A DNA stretch of 64,000 nucleotides from the human T2T-CHM13v2.0 reference genome, Homo sapiens. The stretch lies in NCBI RefSeq assembly GCF_009914755.1, contig NC_060937.1, one strand, 5' to 3'. Positions 1 through 14,344 of the stretch are shown here, in pieces. The position numbers were made by a program, and so were the translations under genes. How positions within the stretch are numbered: the first letter of the stretch is position 1; each line of letters starts with the position of its first letter. The notes under the pieces were generated by a model. The model did not search any database. It worked only from the letters and a program-made list of their open reading frames with translations, and had not been told where the DNA came from.

Positions 1-1562
1 AAGTATCAATAAATTTAAGAAAATTAAAAGTATATCAAGTACTCTCTCAGACCACAGTGGAATAAAATTGAAAATCAACTCCAAAAGTAACCCTCAAAAC
101 AATGAGAATACATGGAAATTAAATAACCTACTCCTCAATAATCATGGGGTCAAAAGTGCAATCAAGATGGAAATTGAAAAATTCTTTGAACTGAATGATA
201 ATAGCAACACAACCTATCAAAACCTCTGGGATACAGCAAAAGCAGTGCTAAGAGAAAAGTTCACAGCACTAAATGCCTCCATCAAAAAGTCTGAAAAACA
301 CAAATAGACAATCTAACGTCACACCTCACAGAACTAGAGAAATAAGAACAATCCAAACCCAAACCCAGCAAAGAAAAGAAATAACGAAGATCAGAGCAGA
401 ATTAAATGAAATTAAACAAAAAAAAAGATAAATGAAACAAAATGCTGGCTCTTTGAGAAAATAAAATTGATAGACCATTAGCAAGAATAATCAAGAAAGG
501 AAGAGAGATCCAGTAAGCCCAAATAGAAATGAAATGGGAGATATTACAACTGATACCACAAAAATACCAAAGATTATCCAAGGCCACTATGAACACCTTC
601 ATGTGCATAAAATAGAAAATCTAAAGGAAATAAATAATTTTTTTTTTTGAAATATACAACCCTCCTAGATTAAACCAGGAATATATAGAATCTCTGAATA
701 GACCAAGAACAAGCAGTGAGATTGAAATATTAATAAAACAATTTCCAACCAAAAAAAGTCCAGGACTAGATGGATTCATACCTGAATTCTATCAGACATT
801 CAAAGAAGAATTGGTACTAATCCTATTGACAATATTCCAAATAGAGACAGAAAAAGAAGGAATCCTTCCTAAATCGTTCTATGAAGCCAGTAACACCATA
901 ATACAAAAACCAGGGGAGGATATCACAAAAAAAGAAAAAAAGAAAGAAAACTACAGACAAATATCTGATAAACATAAATGCAAAAATCCTCAACAAACTG
1001 CTAGCAAACTGAATCCAACAGCATATCAAAAGATAATCCACCGTGATCAAGGAGGTTTCATACCAGGGATGCAGGGATTGTTTAACATATGTAGGTCAAT
1101 AAATGTGATACACCACATAAACAGCATTATAAACAAAATGATTATCTCAATAGATGCAGAAAAAAATTTCACAAAATTTAGCATGCCTTTATGATTAAAA
1201 GTCTCAGCAAAATCAGTATAGAACAGAAATACCTTAAGGTAATAAAAGCCATTTATGACAAACCCACAACCAACATTATACTGAATGAGGAAAAATTGAA
1301 AGCATTTCCTGTGAGAACTTGAAGAAGACAAGGATGTGCACTTTCACCACTTCTATTCAACATAGTACTGGAAGTCCTAGCCAGAGCAATCAGACAAGAA
1401 AAAGAAATAAAGGGCATCCAAAATAGTGAAGAGGAAGTAAAATTGTTGCTGTTTGCTGATGATATGATTTTATACCTAGGAAACCCTAATGATTCATACA
1501 TAAAGCTTCTAGAACTGATAAATTCAGCAAAGTTTCAGGATATGAAATTAATGTACACAAAT

Positions 1563-1630
1563 CAGTAGCACTGCTGTACACCAAGTAGCAGTAGCACTGC
1601 TGTACACCAAGTAGCAGTAGCACTGCTGTA
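1563..1630. repeat. 26-bp tandem repeat (2.6 copies) inside L1 ORF2
   Basis: cagtagcactgctgtacaccaagtag at 1563 and 1589, partial copy at 1615. Confidence 0.95.
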
Positions 1631-3067
1631 TCACCAAAGTGATAATCAGATCGAGAACTCAACTCCTTTCACAGTAGATGCAAAGAAAAGAAAATACTTA
1701 GGAACATACCTAACCAAAGACATGAAAGACCTCTACAAAGAAAACTACAAAACACTGCTGAGAGAAATTATAGACAACACAAACAAATGGAAACACACCC
1801 CATGCTCATGGATGGGTAGAATCAGTATTGTGAAAATGACTATACTGCTGAAAATGATTTACAAATTCAATGCAATTCCCATCAAAATACCACCATCATT
1901 CTTCACAGAACCAGAAAAAAATCCTAAAATTCATATAGAACCAAAAAAAAAAAAAAGCTTGCATAGCCAAAACAAGACTAAGCCAAAAGAGGCATCACAC
2001 TACCTGACTTCAAACTATAGTATAAGTCTATAGTCACCAAAACAGCATGATACTGGTATAAAAATAGGAACATAAAACAATGGAACAGAATAGAGAACCC
2101 AGAAATAAAGCCAAATACAGCCAAGCGATCTTTGACAAAGCAAACAAAAACACAAAGTGTGTAAAGGACACCCAATTCAAAAAATAATGCTGGGATAATT
2201 GACAAGCCATCTGTAGAAGAATGAAACTGGATCTTCATTTTTCACCTTATACAAAATTCAACTCAAGATGGATCAAAGACTTAAATCTAAGACGTGAAAC
2301 AATAAAGATTCTAGAAGGTAACATTAGAAAACTCCTTCTAGACATTGGCTTAGGCAGAGTTCATGACCAAGCAACCAAAAGCAAATGCAATAAAAAGAAA
2401 GATAAATAGATGAGACTTAATTAAACTGAAAAGCTCTGCACAGCAAAAGAAATAATCAGCAGAGTAAGTAGACAACCCACAGGGTGGGAGAAAATTTTCG
2501 TAATCTATACATCTGACAAAAGACTAATATCTACAATCTATAAAGAACTCAAACAAATCAGCAAGAAAAAACCAAACAATCCCATCAAAAAGTGGGCTAA
2601 GGACATGAATATACACTTCTCAAAAGGAGATATACAAAAGGCCAACAAGCATATGGAAAAATGTTTCACCTCACTAATTATCAAGGAAATGCAAATCAAA
2701 ATCACAATGCAATACCACCTCAGTCCTGCAAGAATGGCCATAATCAAAAAATGAAAAAATAATAGATGTTGACGTGGATGTGGTGAAAAGGAAACACTTT
2801 TACATTGTTGTTGGGAATGTGAACTAGTACAACCACTATAAAAAACAGTGTGGAGAGTCCTTAAATAACTAAAAGTACATCTACCATTTGATCAAGCAAT
2901 CCCACTATCAGATAACTACCCAGAGGAAAATAAACCATTTTAAGAAAAAGATACTTGCACATGAATGTTTATAACAACATAACTTGCAATTGCAAAAATA
3001 TGGAACCAGCCCAAATGCCCATCAATCAATGAGTAGATAAAGAAAATGTTATATATATGTACATATG

Positions 3068-3070
<3 letters not shown>

Positions 3071-3117
<47 letters not shown>
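3071..3117. repeat. (CA)n microsatellite
   Basis: Direct reading. Confidence 0.98.
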
Positions 3118-3120
<3 letters not shown>

Positions 3121-3529
3121 CATGGAATTCTGCTTGGCTTTAAAAGGAACAAAATAAGAGCATTTGCAGCAAACTGTATGGATTTGGAGACTTATGCTAA
3201 GTGAAGTAACTCAGGAATGGACAACCAAGGATCATATGTTCTCACTCATATGCGGGCTAAGCTATGAGGGCGCAAAGGCATAAGAATGGTACATTGGATT
3301 TGGGGGACTCGGGACAGGGTTGGCAGTGGCAAGGGATGAAAAACTACACATTAGGTTCAGGGCATGCTGTTCTGGTGATGGGTGTACCGAAATTTCAGAA
3401 ATCACCATTAAGAAGCTTATGTAACCAAACACAACCTGTTCCTCAAAAACCTATTGTAATAAAAAACTAAAATACAAAATAAAAAGATAATCAATAGTGC
3501 TTCAAGGTCTGATTATGTGAAGATTTTTA

Positions 3530-3640
3530 AATCCATTAGATTTATAACACTGAGATCACTGGTGACCTTTTTCAGATCAGTGTTTATAGAATAATAGAGG
3601 CTCAATAGTAAAATAAGGGTAAGGAGTGAAAACTGCATAT
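3530..3640 (-). mobile_element. L2 fragment
   Basis: 'gagatcactggtgacctt...cagtgtttatagaataatagagg' resembles the antisense L2 body. Confidence 0.45.
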
Positions 3641-3779
3641 GTGGATAACACAATTATAAGTGGCATTTATCTGATTTTAATTCTTACCTAGCCTATACAA
3701 ATGTTTCTAAAACTCTAGAAATTAAATGTTAATAAGAGACAATATAAGAATAATAAAAAATAAAAGAGATGATACTGCT

Positions 3780-4800
3780 ATACTGACTTCCTGATACCAA
3801 AAGGGGGTGGTAAGATCTCAACGTAGTAGAGGCCAGGTGGTGCCATATCATCAATAAGAACAACAAGGTCAAAATGGCAGCCAGTGGGCACAGATGTGCA
3901 GACAGATATGAAGATGGTTATTATAATAAAAATGTCATAGGGACAGCCAACGAAGTTATTGCTCAATATATATAATCAAAATTATAAATTATGGATGATC
4001 TGGGGGTAGAGGACAGCTGCTGTAATAAAAAATAATTATCCTTCCTTCAATTCTGAACTTGAGCCAGTTTTTAGATCTGGAAAAGCACTGACTGATGGAA
4101 AGGCCAAGTGTCCAGAAGGAAGGAAACTGTAATACAAGTGTATGTAGTTATGATTCATCCAGTCCTCCCACTGACCATTCACTTGGTTAAAAATGCTGTA
4201 GAAAAAGAGGAATACACAGACATTTCAAGAACTATTGAAAAACAGAGGCCAAGTTGACATTGAACTCTGCAGAATCAAATAATCATGATGGCATCCCTCT
4301 TAGAGTCAAAACATATTGGAACAGGTGGTAAATGGAATCTTAGCTTAATTCTAAGTATCATTGATTCTGCTAGGTCCATGGGCCCATTCAATGGTCATTT
4401 CACTAGTTCCCAAATGTATACCTGGAGTGGGTATACAGGGTCATTGGTAAACCTCCCACAGTTGCTCCTTGGCCTGTAGATAACAACTATCATATAAGAG
4501 AGGTCAAGCAGAAGGATATGAATCTGCCAAACTATCAGCTCACAATGTAATGATTTTTTAAAATCCCATCCTAAAGCAGAAATTAATGCCCTTAAACACC
4601 TAAAAACATGTAAATTCATATTATATCATGAATTAATTTATTATCTATGAAAGGATCTGTCAGACACTCATAAAAACCAGATACATTTCAGAAGACTATA
4701 GTATATATTATTGTTAACTCTGCAAAACACATAGTAACCCACTATAGCTACCATGCCAGATATGATAACTTTAGAGGGATTAAGGAAAAGAGCAATCAAG
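3780..4800 (+). mobile_element. Decayed ERVL-class internal region (gag end, protease, start of pol)
   Basis: 'cttgagccagtttttagatctgg', 'cagacatttcaagaactattg...aagttgacattga' and 'gttcccaaatgtatacctgga' resemble HERV-L/ERVL-E protease-region consensus; no open frame. Confidence 0.65.
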
Positions 4801-4889
4801 ATTCTGCAAATTTTCAGATGGATTTTACCTTTGTATAAAACATATGCACCAGATCTGCACAAAAATGGACTCTGGTAGATGCCATAATG

Positions 4890-5209
4890 TGCTGCAGAAA
4901 TTCTCCAACATTCAGGCATATATTTCACTATGCTATAAGTAGCTGCCTGTCCCAAGGCTAATCCCTTCTCAAGTCAATATTGAGAACAATATTGAAGACA
5001 AAAAACCCAACCTGCTATTTAGGATATTTCTGAAGGGCCACCTGGACTCGGATACCCTGATCAGTGGAGGCCTTTATTGTCACAACATCACAGTTCAAAA
5101 TCTCTCTTTCCTCACTCCTCTGCATGTGCTCCTGAGAAGCACTCCTCAATAGACTTTTTCTACACTTAATCCCAGAGTCTGCTTCTTGGGTATCTAAGAG
5201 AGCATGACA
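4890..5209 (+). mobile_element. ERVL LTR (LTR16/LTR33-like)
   Basis: The 3' end 'ctgagaagcactcctcaatagac...cccagagtctgcttcttggg...gaca' is typical of ancient ERVL LTRs, and it lies just downstream of the internal fragment. Confidence 0.6.
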
Positions 5210-5919
5210 TTTTTATTTTTGTTTATTATTGTGTGTGTGAAGTATAAAATAAATGCTTTTGTTTAATTCCGGTGAAGCATATTTTAAATTTAAATTTATC
5301 TATTTATCACAGAGCCCTTTTCTCCCACCACCAAGAACTGTAGGACATAATAAATATCCTTATTGCTTCTCTAAGAGACTGGGTAGATTTTTTTTAAGCC
5401 TTCTATCTCTGGTTTCAAATGGACCAACTTCTAAGTCTTCCAGTTTTCTTATTCTTAATCTCAGCCAAGTATGAAAGCATATATTCCACCCCTGAGTGGA
5501 ATTTAGCAAGAAAATCTGGTACTTAAAAACACATATTTAGATGTGCTGGTATGTAACATGTATATGTACGTAGGCATATTTTTATATAAATATGACATTT
5601 GGGAATTTTCTTTCCTGTAGTCCATAACATGATTTCAGTTTCTTAAAAGTGGTAATATAAATTTCAATATCATTGAAGTATTTAATCTATTTAGACATGT
5701 AAGCTACAAAAATAGAAGATAGGCTAAATTCTTGTGGAATAAAGAATATATAAAGAACTGTAGATGAAAAGAGTTTTGATAAAATATTTCAGAGAACAAT
5801 ATGACATACTACTCAGCAGTGTTTTTTTTGTACCTTTAAGACAGGAAACACAAAATGTGAAAAATATGTAGGCTTTACCATCATAAATCCTAAATTTACG
5901 TCCAGACACACCCTCTTAA

Positions 5920-6050
5920 TTTACTTCACTGATCTTAAGAATAACATCAAACTTAGATTAACACAGCTTCCTCCTCTGTGGAATGGGCTCAGTAACCTGA
6001 GTCATAGAGTTATGGTAAGAAACCATTAGTATGAAATTTATGAAGTCATT
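5920..6050 (+). mobile_element. MIR fragment
   Basis: MIR core-like 'cagcttcctcctctgtggaatggg...catagagttatggtaag'. Confidence 0.55.
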
Positions 6051-7088
6051 ACATCATCATCTTAAATAACCATCATTCTCCTGGACATAATATTTATTAA
6101 AATGTGTTATTTATGGTATAGATAACAGTGTAATGAAACTACATTGAAATATATGTACTATATATTTGAAAACTGAGATGGGATTGCTGTGTAGAAATCA
6201 AAAAGCTTTGTAGAAATTAATTCAAATACCATCTATTCATCATTAACGTAGCTTAAAAACTTACTATAATAAGCATATTCCAGTACTCTGTTGTCCTATT
6301 CTACAGAAATGTTACACCTATGTCTATGGTCTAAGTCTTAAAACATAGATAATAATAATGATAAGTAAATTATTATTTATGAAAGAAATAACATTTGTAA
6401 TAGAGACCTCAAAATGATCAATGTCACACAGAAATATCTACCACTAATAACAGCTATGGTAAAGCCTTATTGTCGACCAAACTTTTCCCCAAAACAAACT
6501 AGAATAATAATCTGAAAGCAAGCAGAATTTGAGAGGCTTCAGTGATAAAATGTAACTTTAATGTTCAATGTATTAGAATGAAATTGCCTTACAAATTATC
6601 TTACACACAGAGTAGATGTCCTGCCATGAGATTTGATCATAACCTATTGTGATGATCTATCTCTGAGGCTAATTTAATATGACAACATTAAATATTGAAT
6701 TCCTATTATTAACTTTCCTAATTTAATTTTATGCTCACCAAGAATCCTTCAAATATGAAATTTGGCAATTTCTGTTCTATACCTCCAGGAAGAGATTGTG
6801 CATTTGATTTTTTATGCAATTTTATTTATCAGAGTAAACTAATTGTATTGTTATCCTGGTTTAGTACATTAAGCTTGGTTAATCTGTGTCTATCCCTGAG
6901 AAATGGAGTCACTTTATGTTTACAAATTAGTCTGCTTAGCCTGATAACATATATGGATTGAGGTTAAAGGATTAAGTTAAGGTTTACAGGGGAGACCTTT
7001 CTGGCCAGCGTCCAAGGCATGTCTGCATCACACTGCATGCTCCATACATTTTTTGTTTGAAATTTCTCCAAGTGGTAGAGTATATGAC

Positions 7089-7160
7089 TCATTTAATCTA
7101 CAAGTGTAGATTCAGTTCATTTAATCTACAAGTGTAGATTCAGTTCATTTAATCTACAAG
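7089..7160. repeat. 28-bp tandem repeat (2.6 copies), each full unit with a 7-bp stem-loop
   Basis: tcatttaatctacaagtgtagattcagt at 7089 and 7117, partial at 7145; aatctac and gtagatt are reverse complements. Confidence 0.95.
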
Positions 7161-7263
7161 CGATTGAGCTACTGCAGAGCGATTCAGATCAGAAGCTTCA
7201 TACTCAGGCTGCTTACCAAACCCCACCATGTAGAAACTGAGAAAGCTTACTAATTTTTTTAAG

Positions 7264-7264
<1 letters not shown>

Positions 7265-7317
<53 letters not shown>
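7265..7317. repeat. (TG)n microsatellite
   Basis: Direct reading. Confidence 0.98.
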
Positions 7318-7321
<4 letters not shown>

Positions 7322-7639
7322 ATTCTGATCTGAAAATATTTATCCCATATGGTTGTGGGAAAGCTAAATAGAGTTAATATTACAGAGTTGAGGCACCTGA
7401 AATAAGAAATAATATTGCAAAGGGAATTCAATGCACTTTGAACATGGAAAAGCACAGAGCAAGGTTTGTTCTCATCATCATCACCATCCTGTTTACAAGT
7501 ATTACTATTAGCAAACCGCTCTGTAAAGCACAAGAGTTTCAACATAAATAACATTTTTTTTCTAGAAACAGTTACCTACTAATTTATATAGGAATAAAAA
7601 ATGGGGGAAAGTAAGTATACTATGAAGATAAGCATAGTA

Positions 7640-7745
7640 TTGTGAAATGCAGATAATAGTGCCTGCCTCACAGAGATTTGTGAGGATTAAATGGTGTATG
7701 TAAAATTTCTGACACATGGTATCTACTCAGAAGTGGTTATTCTTG
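7640..7745 (+). mobile_element. MIR 3' fragment
   Basis: 'tgtgaaatgcagataatagtgcctgcctcacagagatttgtgaggattaaatg' matches the MIR core. Confidence 0.75.
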
Positions 7746-8154
7746 TAATCCATTGATTATGGATGTCCTGCTTCATTACTTAGTCACCAAAATGAAACCA
7801 AATACTGTTTTTTAAGTTTTAGAATTGCAGCTATATATTGCTGTGGTCTTTAATCTCAGGGACTTGGGCATAAATCATAATATTCTATCCCATAATATAC
7901 CTAAGTCCCTGTAAGCTTCCCGACTTCAACAGCCTCAGAAAAGGACAGTAGAAAACACTCCTCAGTTCAGCAACAGAACCTATTCTCTGCTGCGGGCTGC
8001 TTCACTCTGACTGTGAGAACAGGGGTCTTGCACATTCTTTTGATGTCCTGGGATCAGTTGTGATGATAGAGAGCTATAGTTGTTCCAATAGACCACTTTT
8101 AGGCCCAGTCTTTAGTAGTGAGAAAGGGAAAAGAGTGGAACCCTGATCCAGAGC

Positions 8155-8369
8155 AGAGTTTTTCAGCCTTGGCATTATTGATATTTGGACAAGATAAGAG
8201 TTTGTTGTGGGAGACTGTACTGTGAATTGGATATTTAACAATATCTCTGGCCTTCACCCTCTAGATATCAGTAGCACCCTCTTCCCCAATCAAGGTGACG
8301 ATCAACATGTCTTTAGACATTGCCAACTGTCCCCTAGAAGTCAAAATTGCCCCGGGTTAAGAATCAGTA
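8155..8369 (-). mobile_element. MER20 (hAT-Charlie MITE), near full length
   Basis: Reverse complement of the MER20 consensus over ~215 bp, including 'agacattgccaactgtcccct...aaaattgccccgggttaagaatca'. Confidence 0.9.
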
Positions 8370-9949
8370 TTTTAGACACATGCCTATAAACTTTTGAATT
8401 AATGCTTCTCTTATTACCAAAGAAAAATACTTCATTTCCACTTTATTTGGCACTCTGGTACACTGCTGTTATTATAAGATTTTGACCCATTTGAGATGTG
8501 AGTAATTTAGGTTTAAGTGCACAAGAAACATTTTTGAAGAAAGTAACATTTATTCAGGGGCTGGAAGAATTTTGTGAGATGGAGAATGAGGTGGTGATGG
8601 TGGTATTTTAGCCTGAAAGACGAGTAAATAAAGACTTGGGTCTATGAATGTTCCCACCTTGTTTGGTGAACTCCACACACATAAGTATTTATGACCAATT
8701 CTTTGGAAGTAAAGGTCCTGCAGAGAAAGATATATTTATTATTAAACTTAAGAGTAAGACAGACTCTTATTACACATCCTTATATGTTCTGTAGGACCAA
8801 GAAATGAAAGTTAACAAAAGTGGAACAGTGAGTCTTGTCCAGCGGGCTGATTGATCCTGATGAACGAATGAAGGTTAATCTAGACTGGTGCATAAGAAAT
8901 GTTGATTTTCTCTATCTCTTGTTAAACAAGTTAGTTAAGCATCAAATAATAGGATTTGCCGTAAAGCTTTATACCTTAACAATTTTACCCATTTGTAGAG
9001 TTCTTCTTATGTGCCCGAAAAGTGCTATTTTGTTGTAAGTTTTACCATGGGACATGTGGTAAACATTTTTACTTCTATTTAAATGCAATAATATGAAGCT
9101 CAGAGAGATTGGATTTAAGATCTTTCTGAATGGAAAGACTTTTCTTAGAACTCAGTAAAATATAATTAATACATCTAAGTGTTGGGAGATGAACTTCCAG
9201 TGGCTTTTAGTAAGAATATTATTAAATAATATATTAATTCCCATAATTTTGCACTTATGTTACAACTATAAGGAGTCAATATTTATTACTTAAGGGAAGT
9301 CAGTATTTGTTACTTAAGTTAAAAATTCTGCTATTACGTGTTATTTTTGTAGCTCCTTAAAAATACAAAATGTGATAAAGATTTCTGATTTGTCTTTTTT
9401 CTTCTTTCCACTGTGAGTGTGTGCTTCTCGCAATGATTAGAAAGCCTGGTAAATTCTGAATCTCAAGTGTTTTGCAATACCAAACAAAATTTAAAAATTA
9501 AAATCTTACAAGATTACAAATTGATTTGAGACATCTCCATTTATGTATGAGTGAAATTAATATTCAAGTATCAACAAATTACACTCTAGGCTCACATTTA
9601 AAATATTCTTGCTCCAACATGTTTTGAACCTTTGTGAAAAGTGTGGTTTGTTTAATGTGCTGGGAATATCCAGCTACCCAATTTAGAGGGTAAGATATTA
9701 ATCTTTACGATAGATCTGAACCCTCAAATTGGAAAATTAGAAAACCAGAGGAGAAACAATAAGGCTCAATTAGTAACAATGTCCTGCCTCTCACTATATA
9801 CAACATCTTAGAATTTCATGTCACACAAACCTAGTAATAATATAAGCATTCCATTCAGCCACACGGAATTACCAGTGTATGATTATACAGCTTTCATTAC
9901 TCCACACTAGTGCTCGATTTATCTTTCCCCAACTGTTACGCCAACTCAC

Positions 9950-10210
9950 CTATCTCTAGATCTTTTGGTTACCTTCCCTTCCTTTAAATACTATCTCAAA
10001 AGTCATTTAATATACAAGGGATTCCTATCCTCAGAGTTGTAATTCTTCTTTCTCCTGTAGCCATTTTAGCTGACTTAACATTACATTGCAATACCATTTA
10101 TAACTTTATCAGTTCTTTGAAGACAAGAATCATGTCTCACTTATCATTTTAATATGGGTAACTACGGAACAATGTCTTGCACATAGCTATGCTTAAATGT
10201 TTATTGATAA
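9950..10210 (+). mobile_element. L2 3' end
   Basis: 'ttctttgaagacaagaatcatgtc...aacaatgtcttgcacatagctatgcttaaatgtttattga' is the L2 3' terminus. Confidence 0.7.
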
Positions 10211-11113
10211 CGATTTGGATTTATCATGTATGGAAGCACATTTTCCCCCTATTTCACTCCCTCTTCTTCTTAAATTTAGCAAAAATTAGTCATGGGACTT
10301 TAAAGGAGACTCTCTTTTTGGAGAATACTATACAGAAGATGATATGAGGGATTGAGGAGTCTGACAGCATAAAACTCTGATTATCTTGCAGGTATCGTAC
10401 CCTGACCGCAATCTTAATAAATTCATTTTTACTCTTCACTTTTTCTCCTTAGGCATCGCCTGGCCATTCAAAACCCTTGAGCTCTCTGAGATCATCTTTT
10501 GTCTTTGTAATAACCTCTCTTTTCCTTGTTTGATTCACATAAATGTTTATGAAGAGGTCTGATCTTTGATGTCAAAATCCTTTCCTACCACAGAATGGAA
10601 AAAGGTACTGAAAGTCCAATAGAAAGAATTCATGTTATTAAACAATGAGGGAAATGGTTTCACTATGAGGAATGTCAGATTATATTCACAGGAACATTTT
10701 AAGCTATTTTTACTTTGATTTGTAGTCTTTGTTCCTTTTTTACTTTAAGTTTTATTTTTATGTCAAACAAACAGTGTAACAATTATAACTGGCTCCAGAG
10801 TTATTACAATTTTGCAAAAGAATGACCATATTAAACATACCATTTTGGTTTAACGTCAGATTCAGTAAATAAAATTCACTCTTCACTAAAACTAAAAAGC
10901 ATTATCTCATATTCTGCTGCTCATCACCAACTCAGAAATAAAGCATCTACATTTTTGGTATATTATTTCTACTAGAAAACACAATGCCCTAGGCAAAACA
11001 TCTCCTTTTGTACTTTGACAAGCCAATAGGTATTTTACTCTATCATAAAACAAATAGCTTGAATAAAACAAAACCATGAGATTAATAATTATTTTAACTG
11101 GCTATGAAGCTTT

Positions 11114-11115
<2 letters not shown>

Positions 11116-11146
<31 letters not shown>
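11116..11146. repeat. (CA)n microsatellite
   Basis: Direct reading. Confidence 0.97.
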
Positions 11147-11148
<2 letters not shown>

Positions 11149-11649
11149 TTGCAGAGGGAAAATATATTAAGATGTATAAGACAATCAAAATAAATTCAGT
11201 CATGCTCCTGAAAACTTAATCTCCTGTGTGTAGTAATTTGCACTTCTTAAACAGCAATAGGAGGGCTGTATGTCACACAAAAGACATTATCTTAACTGGT
11301 ACTGTTCAAATTGATACATTCTGAACAATGTCAAAATCATATATGCAAACGGATGAAAAGAATGAAAGAGAAAGAGACAGAGGAAAACAAACAAGTAGGG
11401 ACTCAATGTTTAATAATTTTGCATTTCTCTTGAGATTTTAAAAAATAATTTTAAAAATATTAAATTTTACTGGTAAATTCATTTAAGATAAAATAGTTTT
11501 TAACTGTATTAACAGAATATTTTATGAAAACTATAGAATTTAAGTGGTCCTCTGTGTCTGAACCTAGCAGGGGACTCAGTTTGCATAACAAATGAATGAG
11601 AATGACTGAGTACAGATCACTCTGGGCTGAAGTAGAGTGTGAGTTAAGC

Positions 11650-11895
11650 AGTTCTAAGAGCTCAAGATCTATTGCATAGCATGGTGTCAAGAGTTAATAA
11701 TAATGTATTATATGTTTCAAAATTGCTGAAAGATTAGATTTTTAAACGTTCTCTCTACAAGAGAATAAGTGGTGAGGTGAGAGATATGTTGACCAGCTTG
11801 ATATAATCACTACTCAATGTATACATATGTCAAAACATCACATTGTATCCTATAAATATATATAATTATTATTTGTCAATAATAAAAGCAAAAAA
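11650..11895 (+). mobile_element. L1MA-type 3' UTR end
   Basis: 'gatctattgcatagcatggtg...ttaataataatgtattata...caaaacatcacattgtatcc' followed by an A-rich tail. Confidence 0.85.
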
Positions 11896-12971
11896 GTGAG
11901 ACTAGAAAAAAATGTGGGACTAGATTTTGGAGGATGTAAAATCCATGTAGAGTTGTCCTTTCTAAAGATGTGAAAAATGTATATTCATTTGTATTTGCGT
12001 ACTTTTCTCTGAATTCATAATTTTGATTTTAAAACACATGATCATTTATACTCTAATACTGAGATTTTTTCACAGGAGGATCTAGATGCAAAAGAATGAA
12101 AAGGAATGCATATAATACAAGGTGACAGACAAATTCAGTCTTGGATTTGTGGTTAATACTAATATAACAGAGTCCCAGACATAAAAAAGCTTGTGAAATT
12201 ACATGGGAAATTTCTTATAGTAACTGTTTACCCACTTTCATCTCTGTAATTCCTAATATCCATATTATAATGTTTTAAATGTTTGAGAAACTTTAATATG
12301 GAAATTTTTATAATTATTTGTTTAATAGGGCTTCGTTATCAGTTACGGATATTTCTGATGACCTTCCTTTTTATCAAACTTAATTGTTGCTTGCAACAGT
12401 ATGATTAGAATGTCATTTGAAACATTCTGAAAAAAATAACTTGCTAATGTGCTTCAAAGGTTTAAAAAATATTAATAGGTTCTAAACCAAGTTATTTTTA
12501 GGCTGTCCACTAAGAAAATAATCTCATCCATAAATAAACTGCAAAATATCAGCTGAAGTTTTATTTTTAACAGAAAAACATAATGAAAATAATCTAAAAG
12601 TTCAGTATTTAAATATTGGATAAACTGATTATATTTATTCATATCATTGAGACACCTAACAAAAAGTCCTAAATCGAGGGGAGAATTAAGATTTAGACAT
12701 AGAATCAAACAAAAAGGAAAAATACTACAGACACAAATATTAACTATAATAATAATTAGTAGTAACTCCTGTGGCAGGATTGCAAATTAATCATAATATA
12801 CTCAGGTTCATTCTGAATATCCTAAATTCCTTCTCATCCTCCTCGTGTAAGTCTTACCCTCTGGGTAATTGAACAGATAAACGTATTTTCTACTCTCCCG
12901 AAATTTGAATAGTCTGTAAATAACATGCTCATTCCTTCAGATTCCATTCTATCTACTGGTCTTCATTATGA

Positions 12972-13330
<359 letters not shown>

Positions 13331-14344
13331 CACTGTATGTCTTTTATCACATGTGGGAATGGAGGGAACAGGGTGTCTGGGTCATGCAATGCTTTCCAGA
13401 ACCTCATTCTTTATTTCTGGGCAGTGGTTTATTCCTAGTGGTTCTTGGAGATGAGCGGTGACCCTGAAGCACATTGTACTTTTATCCCTAGGATTTCAGC
13501 AGGCATGTGGCAAGTCACATCTTCCCAGCATTTTACACTGAAAGTAGAGGCTATGTTATTTGCCTTCAACATGCTTCTCTTCCACAATCCGTATAGGAAG
13601 GGTCAAAAATTATCTTTTATTAACATAATATATTATATATTCATTTACATAAAATTCTACGAGTAAGAATTAAGGACTAATTTTTGATGTCATAAAAGAG
13701 GAAAAAAAGGTATTGAATAAATCTTACCTCTTGGCAAAGCTTTGCCTTTTATGAACTCCATGCCATGTCCTATTTTGGATGTCAAAAGCCTGATATAAAC
13801 TCTCTCTTTTGCTTCTACATTCTGAATAAATAAATCCTAACACTCCTTCAGGTAGAAGAAAGTCATATTTTGATTAGATAATGCTTCTCCTCTTTGAAAG
13901 GCAAAAGGGAAAAACATGTTTGAATGTTAAAGCTATTACACCAATGTCTGGCAAAGGATCATAAATCAGATGTGTTCTAAGCCTTTCTTTGAGTTATCAG
14001 ATTTAATCCTCAATGAGTCCTTTGATATGGGTACTAACAGAATTTAGTTTTGATTAGTATTTCAGGGATTAAACTAATTCCACAACATGAATGACAGAGC
14101 TATTAAATGGCAAAACTTAGCCATATCAGGCCCTGAAGTTGGAAATCACAACAATTGAGCCAGACCACTTCCTCCCCAAATGTGTTAGTAATAGAAAATA
14201 AAAGAATTGAAAATGCATCAAAATATTTGTCTCTACAAACAAAAGTTTTGGCAGCTTGTATTTTCTCTTTTATTACTTTCTGAGTTTCCTAATATTCAAC
14301 AAAACTAATATATTTTCAAAGACTCTTTTCAGTTTTAAAACATA

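Larger units (their letters stand above)
1..3487 (+). mobile_element. L1 (L1PB-like): decayed ORF2 (end of endonuclease through RT and C-terminus), 3' UTR and A-rich tail; continues beyond the window start
   Basis: ORF fragments match L1 ORF2p ([67 protein letters not shown]) with many stops and frameshifts. The 3' UTR motif 'ggtgatgggtgtaccgaaatttcagaaatcacc...cctgttcctcaaaaacctattg' is L1PB-type. Confidence 0.95.

Noticed and set aside
68-2409. Functional L1 ORF2 / reverse transcriptase gene
   Set aside because: Broken into many short frames by stops, frameshifts and a 26-bp tandem expansion.
7089-7160. CRISPR array (Cas12a-like repeat)
   Set aside because: The units are head-to-tail with no variable spacers, there are only 2.6 copies, no cas genes are present, and the context is primate DNA.
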